From positions 1,302,001-1,366,000 of the forward strand of contig JBBPEB010000009.1 in assembly GCA_039096225.1 (NCBI GenBank): a stretch of DNA of 64,000 nucleotides, in the 5' to 3' direction. The stretch comes from Blastocystis sp. Blastoise. Its lineage: Eukaryota > Protista > Bigyra: Opalinata. The first letter of the stretch is position 1; every line of letters begins with the position of its first letter. Under the pieces are notes generated by a model that ran no database searches, was not told where the DNA came from, and saw only the letters and a list, made by a program, of their open reading frames with translations. A program made the position numbers and the translations under genes. This document shows, piece by piece, positions 31,601-49,715 of the stretch.

Positions 31601-34419
31601 TTTCTTTATTACATTTAAACAACTTGGATTTCGACAGATAAGTGTTAGAAATTGTCTTATATTTTCAGCTATAAATGGAATAATATATATTATTCTTCTT
31701 AATAATAGTTACTTTATATATATACAGGTAATAACGATATTAGTAACAACGAAAATAAATAAATTATTCATGCGTCCAATAGAATAATGCCAGTGACATT
31801 CACAATGGTTTCTCTCTATATTGAGATAGATATGTATATACATTATTGTATGAAACATATATATATATAATAATTATATACCTTGTATAACAAGATTTGA
31901 TAGGAACGAAGTAGCTTTAGAGAAAAACACTTCTAAGTCTTTCGACTGATTTATATTTGATAAGAAATCTCCGTCATCTATAGATAATAATAATATATAA
32001 TAATAATAAATAGAATATGTTAATAATATTATATAATTTGATTAATAATAATAATAAACTGGTATATCATAATATATACAACAACATATTAAGCTATAAC
32101 GTTGTTTAAACCATTGAATATATTGTTTTTCATTCATTTCTTTAAGTTCATCAAAACTCGGTAAACTACCAGGATTATCTTTATCTATTAATATATGTAT
32201 ACATTATTCCAGATTATATATATATATATACTTAATTCAATTTGAACACGAAACAATAAACCAGTGTTTATGGGATAGGTTAGCTGTAGAGAATAATAAT
32301 AATAATAATTATTATTATTAATGAAATATAATATAATAAAAACTGTTAAAAAATAAGTGTAGAAATGTATATGAAAACGAAAATATATAAATGAAATTAT
32401 AATTGAGAATAAAACATACAATAAGAACAAGAAATCGTAAATTTTGATCGTTTTTATTCACTTTTTTATAGAAGGAATCATTGATTATATTATTTTTATA
32501 TATATAACAGATAGAAGTTGTTCTTTCACTATGTATTCTCATACCTTGCTATATATATAAATATATTTAAGTGATTATAAAAGATGGTAGATAGTAAAAA
32601 AAAATGATAAGTATATTGAATATAATAATGATAAATATAAATATAATAAAAAATAAGAATTATATATACATTTAATAAATCATAGACAGAAGACCATTCA
32701 CTGTTTAAAGGTATTTCAATTGACTGATACATTCTAGAATTTATATTGAAAACCTTTACTTCAAATGTTGTCTATATGTATAATAATAATATAATTATGA
32801 ATTCAATTAAAACAATAAATCTATACAACTATAAAAACTAAAAAAACTAAAAAATACTTTTAAACGACTTTTTAATGTATTATATTATATATATATACAG
32901 GAATAATAACTACTGGATCTATAATAGGTTCATGTTGTATTTCTTCTTCTGGAGGAATCATATTTAATTCTTTTACTATAAAAAAAAACGAAAATAGATG
33001 AATAAATAAGTATTTATTTACAGATAGATATTTCTTTTTCATCCATTTGCTTCGATACTAATCGATTATAACGAAAGCATTGATGATTCACCTATAGTAG
33101 TAGTAATAAAAAGATATTAGAAATAGAAGAATAAACACTAATTAAAAATAAAATAAATTAACAACTTTAAACATACTTTATAATGCATGAATTCTTGATG
33201 TGTCACAGTAGTATTGATATATTTCTTTAATAAATAGCCAAAGAATTCATTATAAGCAAACGAAGAAGGAAACAAATGTGAATCGACTAATTCAAATAAT
33301 TGAAGATTCTTTAAGAAAGGTGAATAGTTTCCTGACATAAATAGCAAGTAAATATATTTATCAAAGAATAATACTATATAATAAGATGTAATAGAATATA
33401 GAAATAAAAAGAATTAGTGATAATATACTATTTGCATCAATTTGAACAATAAAGAAATGTAACTGACCTTCATAATCAACATCAAATTGATAAGATAATT
33501 TATTATCAATATTCTCTAGAAAAAAATATTATATATTTATAGTTTATTTAATAGTATTGTATGTTGTAATTATATATATCTAATATCATAGTAATATAGT
33601 ATATATATCTACTATCATAGTAATATAGTATATATATCTAATATCATAGTAATATAGTATATATACCTCCAATTACACATTTAGAACAACGAGATAATGA
33701 TTCATCTGAAAATATTTCTATATTTTTTTCTTTATTATCAATATCCAGTTTATCTATATATTATATAATATAGATATAAACTATAAAATATAGAAATAAT
33801 TATAAATAATATAGTATCATAAATAATAAATATACATGAAACAGATAATTTAATAGTTCCTTTCATAAATAAGAAATATTCGGATATATTTGTAAAAACA
33901 GACATGGTATTTAATGATAACCTATCTATCTGATCTAAGAAAAAAAACATAATAAATATATAAATAGTCATATAGATATATACTTGTCTCTATATGGCAT
34001 TCAAATGATTTAAATCGAGGACAACTTAATAATGGACACTATATAATATAATAATAAATAATAATAAATAATAATAATAATAATAATAATAATAGTAATA
34101 GCTATTATTAAATATATATAATGATATATACTGGGACAAGACAAAGAGTTTTTATGCGATCATTTTCATTAAGAATATTATTAAAATTTTGTTCTGTTAG
34201 TAGATGTTGATAATAAAGGAAACAGTTTTTTGTTTCAGAATGATATTCCTATATATATATATATAAAATAAAAAGTAAGAAAAAAGACAGTATTATAATA
34301 TATAATACATACATAAAGAGCATCTTCTAAGTCACTAAGAGAACATTCTTTCATGATATTATATACATATATTTGTTTTGTACATACATTTAAAATATAA
34401 AGATCAATTCCTGACTATA

Positions 34420-34496
<77 letters not shown>

Positions 34497-36401
34497 TTAA
34501 ATATACTAAAGGTATGCCATTGAATCTTTTAAAACAATTTAGAGGTATGCTATATAATAAATAATAATAAATAATAATAAATAATAATAAATAATAATAA
34601 ATATAATAAATAATAATAAATAATAATAAATATAATAAATAATAATAAATATAATAAATAATAATAAATATAATAAATAATAATAAATATAATAAATAAT
34701 AATAAATATAATAAACATAATAAATATAATAAACATAATAAATAGATTACATTTCGATAAATGTAACAGGTGGGTTATGAATGATATTTTCTTGAATATT
34801 CTCTATAGGTCTATTTAAAGGAATATTTATATTTATTGGATTATTAGGTGAAGAATATATAAGTAATGGAGGAGCAGGAGAACCAGATCTAGATATATTT
34901 GCTTGGTTACTATTTTCACTGATAGTCCCATAAATATTTCCATTATTATTTGTAGGTGTTTCAAGTGGAATAGGAGTTAAGGAAGACATAGAAGAATTGA
35001 GACTAATTCTACTACTTACAGAAGTAGGTGTTCCTATAGACAATGAAGGAGTGCTATTATTTGTATTTCCATTTATAGATGTACTAGATCGTCTTATGTT
35101 TAAAAAACGTATATGTCGTGTACTATTACGAATTGATGATGGTCTTTTATTATTAGGTGTACTCGATATATTCTGAGTATCTTGATTATTTGGATCTATA
35201 GTATTCATAGATAATGAATTATGATGTGATATTGATAAATCATCAGTTGATAAATGCTTGAGTTTATTATTCATATCAGGTAATGACGCATACAGAGGAT
35301 TTACAATAGATATAGGCGATTCATCATTTTTAGGAATAATCTTAGTTGGAAATGTATTTATAGGTATAGGAGTAGTACTCTCTTTATTTTGAGGTGATAT
35401 ACTTTCATTTGAAATAGGGGATTGTGAATATGAATGAGAGGATATATTATTGTGAGTATTATTATTGGATACATTTGTAGTAGTAATTATAGGAGTAGGA
35501 GGTTCTAATGATTTAATTAAACTAAATATACAAATAAATAACATTTTGTAAATATATATATATAATATATAATATGTACTGGAATTAGTTAAATAAAAGA
35601 AATAAAGGAAAAGAAATAACAAAGAGAAATTATTATTATTATATATATATATATATTTACTGATTATTTGGACTTACAACTTGAGGAAGCAAAGAAGGAT
35701 TTATAACTATATAATAATAAATATAATAATATAAAGAAAATAATAATAAATAAATACTTACATGAAGAATTTTGTAGTGGGTTTTTTCTCTATAGAATAA
35801 ATGAGATATATACATAATTATAATACTATATATTTACTAGAAAAACAATGTAGATATAATAGTTATATTGTTGTTGTGGTAAGGGAGAAGGAGCAAAGCT
35901 AAAAATGTTTATATTAATACTAACACAAGAACCAAATTGCGTCTCTGGATCAATATTTTGTTTTATCTATATACGATGATACCAATAATTAAAGCAATGA
36001 AGACATACAAAATTAAGGAGATGCTCATTTTTCCTTGTTCTTAAATCTTGAAACCGAAGTGCCATAGCTAAATCTGGAAAATTTGACAAGATATAATCTA
36101 TTGAATATTTGAATTTGATAACGTGCACTCCACCTTTATAGAGCAGTTGCTGCATAGGATAACTACTAGGAATCTGCTGTTTGTGGCGATCAAAGTAAGC
36201 GTGTTCAATTTGGCTAATGTCATAACTGCAATTCTAAATAGATGTTCATTGTTATTCATTGGCAAAAAAATAATATATATATATATAAGATACCAGAATT
36301 CTTTTTGTGAAATCTTCTACGCTTAACGAAAAAACGGTTTGTATCGTTTCATTTATCACTCCACATGTGTCAATATATGTGTACTGAAGGCTACAGTTCA
36401 T
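16626..36401 (-). CDS. Giant midasin-like six-AAA+ protein with multi-VWA C-terminal tail (paralogue A); about 20+ short 5' exons plus one 14.6-kb terminal exon (31213-16626)
   Basis: AAA_5-type modules: GPTSSGKT/LLLDE (~30490), degenerate (~29700), GKSNSGKS (~28780), degenerate (~27870), GAPGIGKS/LLLDELNL (~26825), GSSPSGKT (~25680), with 'FRIIATQNP' and 'APLQSRC' motifs. VWA-like strands INIIID, VSVIIDC and LSIVMDGSG. Exons 31380-31311 and about 31669-31468 splice in phase into the giant exon, so the ORF-track start is an artefact. The ATG at 36401 is the most plausible start, but not every upstream junction was verified. Confidence 0.85.
33572..33666. repeat. 29-bp tandem repeat x3 in an intron of giant gene A
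   Basis: Unit ATATATATCTA(A/C)TATCATAGTAATATAGT at 33572, 33601 and 33630. Confidence 0.85.
34422..34492. repeat. (TA)n microsatellite making up most of an intron
   Basis: Pure TA dinucleotide run of about 70 bp. Confidence 0.9.
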
Positions 36402-37034
36402 TTATGCTGATTGACACAAATAAAAAGATAAATGTTTTTTTAAAAGAAAGAAATATTATCTGAAATTCTTTTTGAAAATATGAAGAAGACACTGAAATTT
36501 TTAATAAAAACATGGTTTTTCAAAATGGACAAAAATTCTCAGTTTTTTTCAAAAAATAAAAATAACCAAGAAAATTAATAGCGAAGCTGTCGCTTATTAC
36601 TGATGACACATTACAAATGGGGAATAATGAAAATGCATATAATTGGCTGATGATAAATAATATGTTCTTTTTTCGTTCTTAGAGAAACATAATGGAAGTT
36701 CTTATTTAAGTTTTTGTGAATGTTAAAAATAAACAGAAATTTCCTTTTTTAGTTTTTGATTTCTATCTTAGTAAATTTAAAATGGTTATCAAACAGTATC
36801 TGAGATATTATAATATTAAAAATAACTGAGTAGTTTATAACAAAACATAAATCAAGTAAATAAAATTAAGAAAAATAATACATCAGTTTCTCATGTATAT
36901 GGATTCACATAGTTAGAGAAAAAATAATAATAATAATAGAAATAAATTAAAAAAAAGTAGAAAAGTTAAAAATATATATACATATATATATATATAAAAT
37001 AATAAATAAATAAAAATAAATAAAGCATAAAATA

Positions 37035-39240
37035 TTAGATTTGATTAAGAGAATGATGAATGAGTTCATGATTATACTTTTCATGATGGTTTATAGAATA
37101 CTGATTTATATTATTATTAATATTATTAATATTATTTCTATCTGTAACATCGATACAAATAGATCCATCGGTTTCAATATAGATATCAGGATGTAGATCT
37201 TCTTCAGATATATATATAGATTGATAAATAGGAGAGGAATTGAGTTCTCTTGGTGTTAATCCAGTATGAAGAGCAGATCTTTGAAGTATATTTCTATTAT
37301 TATTATTATTATTATTATTAATAGTATTTGGATATAAATGAATATCATTGATATTTTGAATAGTAGTAGAAGATATTTTTGGATTTATAGATGGAGATTG
37401 TGTTGGTATAGATATAAATTTATGTTTAAATAATAAAGAATGACCACTAGAAAATATATAAATAATTAAAAAAAAATATATATAAATGTATATATATATA
37501 TACTTTGCTTTGAATATATAATATAGAATAAGAATAAGTGTAAGTAGAACAAATAGAATAAGTAGAATAATAGTAGTAATAGAAGTATTTTGTTTAAGTA
37601 TATATTTTGATTCATTGATTCCACCTTCATAAAGATCTAAAGATAATAATAAAGATAATATATATATATATATATAATATATAATAATAAATATATATAA
37701 AATAAAATAAAATAAATACTATGACAAGATAATGGATTTGAAATAGTAAATCCAATAGAATTATTATATAGATTAAAAATAGTTGTAAATGAATGAAGAA
37801 AGCTATTTCCTAGGATAATATCATTCTATATAATAAATAATTAACAAAAAATAATTAACAAAAAATAATAAAATACATGATTTGAAAAGTTGTTTGGTTT
37901 GAAAATAAAGCAATAATAAGTTTTTGTATTAATAATATGTGGATAGAAATAGAGTGAAGGAGGAATAGAAAGAAATGTATGATTATATAGATATAGATTA
38001 ATAGGTGGCCATAAAGAAGAAGGGAAATAATATAAACAATTATCATTAAATATATTTGATGTTGTAGATATAGCTAAAAAGGAAATATAAATATATTATA
38101 ATATAATATAAATAAAATAAAATAAAATATAAATAAATAAAATATAAATAAATAAAAATAAATAAATATACAAGGTAAATTAGTATAATATGTTTGAAAG
38201 AAAAGAATAAGATCTTTATAGAGTAGAGGAGGTAGATAAATAAAAGGAATAGAAATATCAATAGATGCACTTGAAGGAAACTATATATATATAATAATAA
38301 TAAAAATAAATAAATAAATATATATACAGATTGAGTAGTAAATGGTTGATTGTCTATTAATATAGTATAGAAAGGAATATTAAATAAAGAAGAAGAGAAT
38401 TGATTTGGAAACCAATATATTTGATCTTTCTATATATATATTATAATAAATAAAAAAATAATAAATAAAAAATATACATAAAGTGAAGAATCTATAGTTC
38501 CAAAAGAAAGAATTCCTTTAGAATCTTCAAAACAGAATGTCATTATTTTATCTTTTGAAATAGATTCTAATAATGTATTTATATATATATTATTATTAGA
38601 AAGAAGTCCAAGATGACCATCATATATAGAATTTAATAAGGAACAATTTCTAATAAAAAAAATATATAAATAAACAAATAAAAATAATATACGATAATAA
38701 ATAAAAAGGAATAGAAAAAGAAATTGTTTGATTATTTTCTATAGTTATTTGATCTTCTATTAATCTATAAATAAATAATATATATATAAATATTAAATAC
38801 TGATTAGGAATAATTTCTTTATACGTAAGACTTTCGTTTGAATTATATATATGATTTTTATACTATATAAATACAATAAATAATAATAATAATAAATAAA
38901 AACTTACTGAAGAACAACAAAGACAATCTGAAGAATATAAAAATATATCTTTTGAATTCATATTCTATTTATAATATATATTAAAAAAATAATAATTAAA
39001 TAATAAAAAAAAAAAATTAAAAAAATATTTTGTTTACTAATTTTAAAGAGAACGATTGTTTTGGTGTACAAACGAATACATTAATAGTATAGAATCAATA
39101 AGAAATATTACAATAAATATATTGTTGTATATTAAACAAATACTAAATTAATTAAAATAAATGAAAAAGAATATTATATAAATATAGATAAAAGAAAATA
39201 CAGTTAAATAGAATAAAGAGAATAAGAGTATCAATATCAT
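37035..39240 (-). CDS. Pepsin-family (A1) aspartic protease-like type I membrane protein with degenerate active site, multi-exon
   Basis: Spliced YTINVFVCTPKQSFSLKL|NMNSKDIFLYSSDC (cf. Y..I.IGTP.Q.F....DTGS..W), GHLGL, TFCFE..GILSFG, ASIDISIPFIYLP (cf. AIIDSGT...LP), IILGNSFLHSFTTIFNLYNNSIGF, then a TM helix (TTIILLILFVLLTLILILYYIF) and a cytosolic tail ending TAA at 37035. The 5' exons and start are uncertain. Confidence 0.7.
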
Positions 39241-39507
39241 AATTAATAAATTAAAACATTAAAATAAATAAGAAAATAATAGTTTTTAGTATATATACTA
39301 AAATACTAAAAATTTAAAAGAAAGAAATAAATAATCATGTGAATAACTGAATAAAGAAGGGGAGTGAGATAAATGGTTCTTTATAAAATTTATCCAATAA
39401 ATAAACTGATGAAAACAAAACTGATAACGATTTAAATGAGAATTATTAAAAAAAATAAAATAAAATAAAATGTGTATTAAAAAAGAACTAAAAGAGATTT
39501 ATAATAA

Positions 39508-41611
39508 TTATTTTTTAATGATTAATTTTGCTTGTTTGATATTTGTTTGATCAACAAGATTACCATAGAAAACAACAGTCATCTTCACAATTCCATCTAT
39601 ACAATAATCTTTTATTTCTACACACTATATATATTTATTTATAATAAATATAAAAATAATAATTTTATAATGAATATAATAATAAAAATTTTATAATGAA
39701 TCTAATAATAAAAATTTTATAATGAATATAATAATAATAAAATACTTCATTAGAATCAGCTAATTGAATACATTCTTCTTTATTGATATTTCTTGGTAAT
39801 AAATAAACAATCTAGAATTATATTAACAAAAATAAAAAAAAAATTAAAATACATTTTTTGTATGTTTTCGAGCAAGATAGAATAATTCTTTTCCTGAAAT
39901 AGATAATGGTAAATTATTTAATGAATAATTATCTTGTTTTCCATATTCAGGTCCTCCCCAAGGAGGTGCTAATATAATTACATCACAAGGAATAGTACAA
40001 CTATAATAATAATTATTATTATAATTATATATATATATAAATACATTTGAAGTAATTGAATAGAATCCATATGTATACATTCAATATTATTATTTACATT
40101 ATATAAAGAAGCATTATGTTGAAGATAATGTAATTTATGAATATCAATATCAACACTAAACTATATATATATATAAATATATTTATAATATAATATAAAT
40201 ATAATATAATATAAATATAAATATAATATAATATAAATATAAATAAAAATAAAAATAAAAATATAAATAAAAATATATATACAACTTTAAAACATGTTCT
40301 AGCTAATTGAATAGAATTTCCACCAATTCCTGCAAAACAATCAATAACCGTGGGACAAGATACTTTTTGAGCAATTAAAATAGCAATAGCTTCTGGTGTA
40401 ACACTATAGATTCCTTCTTCATCCGTTTGAATTCCTTTGTCAAATAAAGAAAAATATCGATAACGTTGTTTCCAGTATCTAATAGAATAATAATGTTTAT
40501 TATTATTATATATATATACTTTTGTAAATGTTTTGGTATATTTGATTTTGTTATTACTATATATTATTAATGATATATATATATTATATTACATGGATTC
40601 ATTTGTTTAGATTCATTTGAAGATATTTCTTTCTTTTCCTATTTATAGTATATATATATATATATTATATATATTATATAGATACTTGAGTATTAGATGA
40701 TAGTATATAATAATCTAAAGATTGTCTTAATGGTTTTATTTGATTTCTTTGTAATATATATAATCCTTTATATCCTATATATTCTACTATATATCCATCT
40801 ATATATATAATATATATATATATAATAAATAAATATATAAATACTTTCTAAAGAATCATGAATATATATAGGTATATATTGTATATTATTATTTTCTTTA
40901 AATTCACCATAACAAATACTATTATAATCTATATACTATATACTATATAATAATAATAATAATACATTCATCATAAGAAATAGTTTCCATAGAAATTATT
41001 TCTTCTTCTTTATCTATATAATAAATATAAATATAATAATAATAATATATACTTTCAATATTCTTTTTATCTTTAATTACTTTCTTATGTTTTTTATTGA
41101 TTTCTTTTTTCTTCTCTTCTTTTGAAAAACTTAAAGGTAATCCATAATCGAATCGTTTCTATATATATATATGTAATTATAATAAAAATAAAATTATATA
41201 CCATTGCTTGTTGTCTTATTTCTTCAATTTTATTATCTTCTTCAATTAATATTTCGTTATTATTATTATTATTATTTTCAAATAAATAATTATAATTTAA
41301 TTCAAATTGATGAGTACCTATTTATTTTATTTTATTTTATTTTGTTTTTTAGAAAAAGAAAAAAAAGAAAAAAATATATAATTTACGATCAAAAACGTCA
41401 TTTAATATATTATTTATTATCTTATGAATATATTTATCTTTATATGCTTTCGATCTATATAAAATATATTTATTAAATGAAATAAAAGAAGAAACAATTA
41501 CTCGATGTTTTCGTTTGTAAGGATATATTGTTTATTATTTGAATAATAGAGATGAGAAGAATGTTTATATGTGAATTGTTGATCAATACAATAGGTTTCA
41601 AATAAATTCAT
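39508..41611 (-). CDS. TGS1: Trimethylguanosine synthase (RNA cap hypermethylase), multi-exon
   Basis: YWKQRYRYFSLFDKGIQTDEEGIYSVTPEAIA, VIDCFAGIGGNSIQLA, HNASLYNV, DVIILAPPWGGPEY, YLLPRN and VFYGNL are all TGS1 signatures. Confidence 0.93.
39661..39738. repeat. Tandem repeat of about 26 bp x3 in the last TGS1 intron
   Basis: Unit AATTTTATAATGAAT(A/C)TAATAATAAA repeated three times. Confidence 0.7.
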
Positions 41612-42024
41612 AGAATTTATTTATTTATAATATCAAAATAAGATATATATAATATTAATAATTCTTTTACTAAATATAAAAAATTAAAAAAATAGAAAAT
41701 AAAATGAATAAAAGAAGAATGAAAAGAAAACAAATGAGAAGAGACTTGATTGTTGTTGAAAATTGATGAAATTTTTTAAATTTTTTTTGAATACTTTTTC
41801 TCTGAGAGAATAAAAGATTAAAACAATAAGATTTTATTCGATATTATTATATAATAAATTGAATATAAATTATTATTAGATTAATTTGATCTTATAATTC
41901 CTAATTTCATTAAAATATTAATAGATTTCAAATATAGTTATATAATTTCAGTTGGATATTTATTGATAAATAAGTATTTGATTGTTTATAAATTATAATA
42001 ATATGTTATATAGTTAGAATAAGA
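41612..42024. promoter_or_regulatory. Short divergent intergenic region, probable bidirectional promoter (TGS1 / AMSH-like)
   Basis: About 410 bp between head-to-head start codons. Inferred from gene geometry only; no motif identified. Confidence 0.4.
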
Positions 42025-42796
42025 ATGAATGATCATGAAAAAGATATAAAGTTTCAGAATTATATGAGTTTAGTTCGAGAAAGATCAAGATATAATAAGC
42101 CAATATATAGTAAAGTTGATATAAAGAAATATTATGATGAAGGATTTGAATATAAGAAAGAGAGTTTGTTGTTAATGAAAGACTTTGCTTATGAGAAGAT
42201 ATATATGAAGTTAAATATGTATCGTAGTTTATTAGATCAATTATGTGCTCATCAACGATATGGTATTGATTGTCTTAATGAAAAAAATAAAGCAGAAAAA
42301 GTATATTTATATATTTATTTATTTTTTATTTTTATTTTAATTAATAGGATATGATACAAATAGAAGATTTATTAAAGAAATTAGAAATAAAATTATATGA
42401 ACAATATAAGAATGGAAAATTAGATATTCAAAGTATATATATAGTTTATTATTATTATTATTATATATATATAAAGAAATAAAGAATTCATTATATAATA
42501 CTGATTTTTATGATATTGTTCAAGATACAAATAAGAATAAGAATTCTTCTTTATCATCAACAATGAATATATTTCAATCAAATGATCCATTTATTGTGAA
42601 GGATAATAATAATAGAAATAATACTATTCAATATAATAATAGTAATAGTATTCAATATAATAATAGTAATAGTATTCAATATAATACTAATAGTATGAAT
42701 ACATTACCTTATACTGCTTCTCCTTCTCCTTCTCCTTCTCTTATTAGTATATCTCCTTATAATCCTAATGTTCTTATTCAAGGAAAAGGTATTTTA

Positions 42797-42833
<37 letters not shown>

Positions 42834-43658
42834 GTTGTTGATGATACTATTCCTGCTAATATAAAAACAAATGTATATATATAAAATATATATATATTAT
42901 TATTATTATTATTATATATAGATGAATTCTAACTATTGTACAACAACGTATATTTTATGAATAATAATTATTTATAAAATATAGATATAAAACAATAATA
43001 AATAAAGATATATTTTCTTTATTTTATAAGGCAGCTTATTCTTCAATTATTAGTACACCTCCTTTTGAAACATGTGGAATTTTAGGAGGAATCTATATAA
43101 ATGATGATATAAAAATAACACATTTAATTATTCCAAAACAAAAAGGTGATAGTGATAGTTGTACAATGTTAAATGAAGAAGATCTTAGTATTGAATTATC
43201 TAATCATGATATATATATGTTAGGATGGATTCATTCTCATCCTCGTCAACCTTGTTTTCTTTCTTCTATTGATATTCATACTACATTACCTTTTCATCTT
43301 CTTTTAGATAAAGTATATGAATAAGAATATTATTATAAATATTATTATAAATATTATTATAGTCTATTGCTATTGTTATTGCACCATTTGATACTAAAAA
43401 ACCGTAAATATATATATATATATATAATATTATATAATATAATATATATATAGAAGTGGTATATTTCGTTTATGTTCTTCTCAAATTCCTTTTCTTAAAT
43501 CATGTTCTCAACAAGGACATCATCAACATCCTGATGTATATATATAATAATATATAATATATAATAATATTTTTTAGAATTTAATATTATATGAGAATGC
43601 AGAGAATGTTGTTTATTTAGATGAAATAACAACTGTTATTGATATGAGAACTATATAA
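42025..43658 (+). CDS. STAMBP: AMSH/STAMBP-like JAMM (MPN+) deubiquitinase with N-terminal USP8-dimerisation/MIT-like region, multi-exon
   Basis: ETCGILGG..ITHLIIPKQKGDSDSCTMLNEE..LGWIHSHPRQPCFLSSIDIHT..SIAIVIAP..GIFRL..CSQQGHHQHP..VIDMR: intact JAMM motif and second zinc site. Confidence 0.9.
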
Positions 43659-45180
43659 TTATATATAAATCAAATTAGCTTTGCTTATTCTTTAAATATT
43701 ATTATTATTAAATATAATATAGTTTAAAAATATCTTTATATATAACAAAATAGTTTAGTTTCATTTCTTTTACATTATAATAAATATAAATAAAATTTAT
43801 ATCTATTAATTATTTTTCTACTTATTAACATAAAAATATTTTTTTTATTAAAAAAGAAAATATATTCTTTTATACAGTATAAAATTTATTAATTAATAAA
43901 AAAACTAAAATAATATTATTTTAACTTTTAATGAATATAAATATATTTAAAACACTTTTATAAATAATAAAATATACTATAAATAAAAAGAAATAAGACA
44001 AAATTTAAAACAAATAATTTTTTAATTATTAATTTAATAATTATTCATAATGATCAAAGAAATATAGTTTAAAATAAATAGAATAATAATATTAATGAAT
44101 ATCAATAATAAATAATAATGAGAAGGAATGATTTATAAGAAAAACATAAGCTTATTTTTAAAAAACTCTGAAATATTTCTTATATTTCTGTTATTGTATT
44201 GTTTGACTTATAGATAATCGTTAATTGATGATCTATAATGAAGTATCTATTGTTTATATTCATTTTAATAATGATTTTATAGAACTAGATAATTTTTTAA
44301 AATTTTTCATTCTTTAATATTTTATTATTTTATAGTAAATATGATAGAATAAGTCTTTATAAATAATTTAGAATTGATTTCAATCTTTATAAAAGTAATA
44401 AAGAATCCTTTTGTTTTAATAATAGAAAAGAACCAATCAATAATTATAAAATAGAAAAACTAAACCTTATAAGATAATCTATATATGATAATAAATATAT
44501 AATTATTGGTTTAGTCTTTTTTTAAAAGAAAAGAAAACGAAAACGAAAAAAGAGAATGAATGTAGAATGGTTCTAATTGACAATCCCCTTGAAAATAGGA
44601 ATGCCATAAAATTTTGTTTCATAAATATTTAATAAAGTCATAGGAATATTTAATAAATAATTGTGAATATCTTTTTAGTAAAAGAAGGGTTTAGTTTGTG
44701 TCCCGCACAAATGAAAAATAATTATAGAAAATTATAATAATAAAGAGAAAGAAGTGAAGCAAAGTTTTTTTTTTTAATTCAAATTGTTCAGCATTCTATA
44801 CTCAATTATTATCTTATTACTTATTGTATAATTTGTTTACTTAAGTAATAATTAATTGTTGTGTTATATTTCTTGATTAGTATGTTTATTATATAAGAAG
44901 AGTGTTTTTCATTTTGTTTCTATTATTAGAATATACATATTGATATCAATGATTACTGTGAGTTCTTATAAGATTAATAAGTTCATAGAATCATCTTTAT
45001 TTGAATGTTGTTTATTTTATTTTTTTAAAATAATTTATTCTTTATGTTTAAATATTATTTAATATATATATATATATTTTAGATTATTCAAGTGAGATTT
45101 ACATTGCTATTACTATATAAAAATAGAATTTCTGTATATATATAAGTGTTAGTAACGTCATGTATAATTAGTGTTAGAAA

Positions 45181-48154
<2,974 letters not shown>

Positions 48155-49115
48155 TTATTTATAATATATTATAAATGAAAATATATTTTTTTATTCATTA
48201 TTTTTTTTTTCTTTTTCTTTTTTTTTAGATAAAAATATAAAAAAGAAAACAATATTTTATTTTATTAATAATAAAAATAATATTATAATATATATATATT
48301 TACAGAATATAATTATTTATTTTTTTGTTATGCTTTTGCTTTTATTTCTATATATATATATAATATATATATATATATATTTATCTTTAATCTATTTTTT
48401 CTTCTTCTTCTTGTTAGTTTTATATTATTTATTAAATAATAATAATATTTACTTTTATTTTTTTATTAACCTTCTCTTACTCTATCTTTATATATAAAAA
48501 TAATTATTTTTTTTTTGTTTATTTTAGTTTTCTTATTTTATTTAATATAATTATTTTTTGTTTCTATGTTATTATATATATAAAATATATAAATATATAT
48601 CTAGTTTATTGAATATATAATTATTTATATATTCAATAATAATAATAATATATATATATATAAATTGTATTTACTTTTCAATAATAGTATTATATAAATT
48701 TTTTTAAAAATAATTATTCAATATATTCAATTCTTTCTGTTGTATTCATTCTTATTATTTTCTAATAGTTTATTATTTCTTTTTCTTTGTTTATCTTTAT
48801 ATATATTTCAAATAATATTTTATTATCTAAATGTATATTTTATGAATTATACACTTTAATATATATATATATTTTATTCTTATATTAGTTATTCTTTTAT
48901 TTCTTACAACAGTTCAATTATTATCATTATTATTATTATTATATTTATATAATAATAATAATAATATGTTTCAATAAATAAAATTACAAAAAAATATATA
49001 TATTATATATTATTAATTGATTGTTTTGTTGATTATTTTATTTTATTAAAAAAAGAAAAAGAAAAAGAAAATAAAAAAAAACTAATAATAATAATATATA
49101 TAATATTAATAAAGA

Positions 49116-49660
49116 TTAAGAATAGAAAAAAGATTCATAATCATGAATAATATCTGGATAAAAAGGATGTATTTGAGATGTTATAGTATTTGATTCATTA
49201 TAAGATAGAGGAGGTAAAGGAGATAATGAATCATCCTATATATATATATAATAATAATATATAATAATATATAATATATAATATATACATCAGAAAGATG
49301 TTCAATTCGAATATGTACATATAATATCATTTGTTTAATAATATCTAAAATAAGAGATTTATCTTTAGATTCTAATATATATTCTCCTTCTATACTATTT
49401 GATATTTGTATACCTATTATTGGTTTTGGTTTTAATTTATTTTCTTTTGAATAATGTATAATAAAACGATTTTCATTTCTATATATTATATATATTATAT
49501 ATATTATATATATTATATATATTATATATTATATATACTTTGTATCAGGAATTAATTCAATAATATTATATATATAATGAATATGATGATTTAAATTATA
49601 ATAAATATCAAAACATAAATCTTGATTTTCATTTGTAAAAAACTATAAAATAAATAATTA

Positions 49661-49715
<55 letters not shown>

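Noticed and set aside
33572-33666. CRISPR-like array
   Set aside because: Head-to-tail units without spacers, inside an intron of a eukaryotic gene.
16626-36401. Assigning the symbol MDN1/REA1
   Set aside because: Two divergent copies, missing Walker A motifs, a short acidic tract and extra domains after the first VWA do not fit canonical midasin; orthology is untested.
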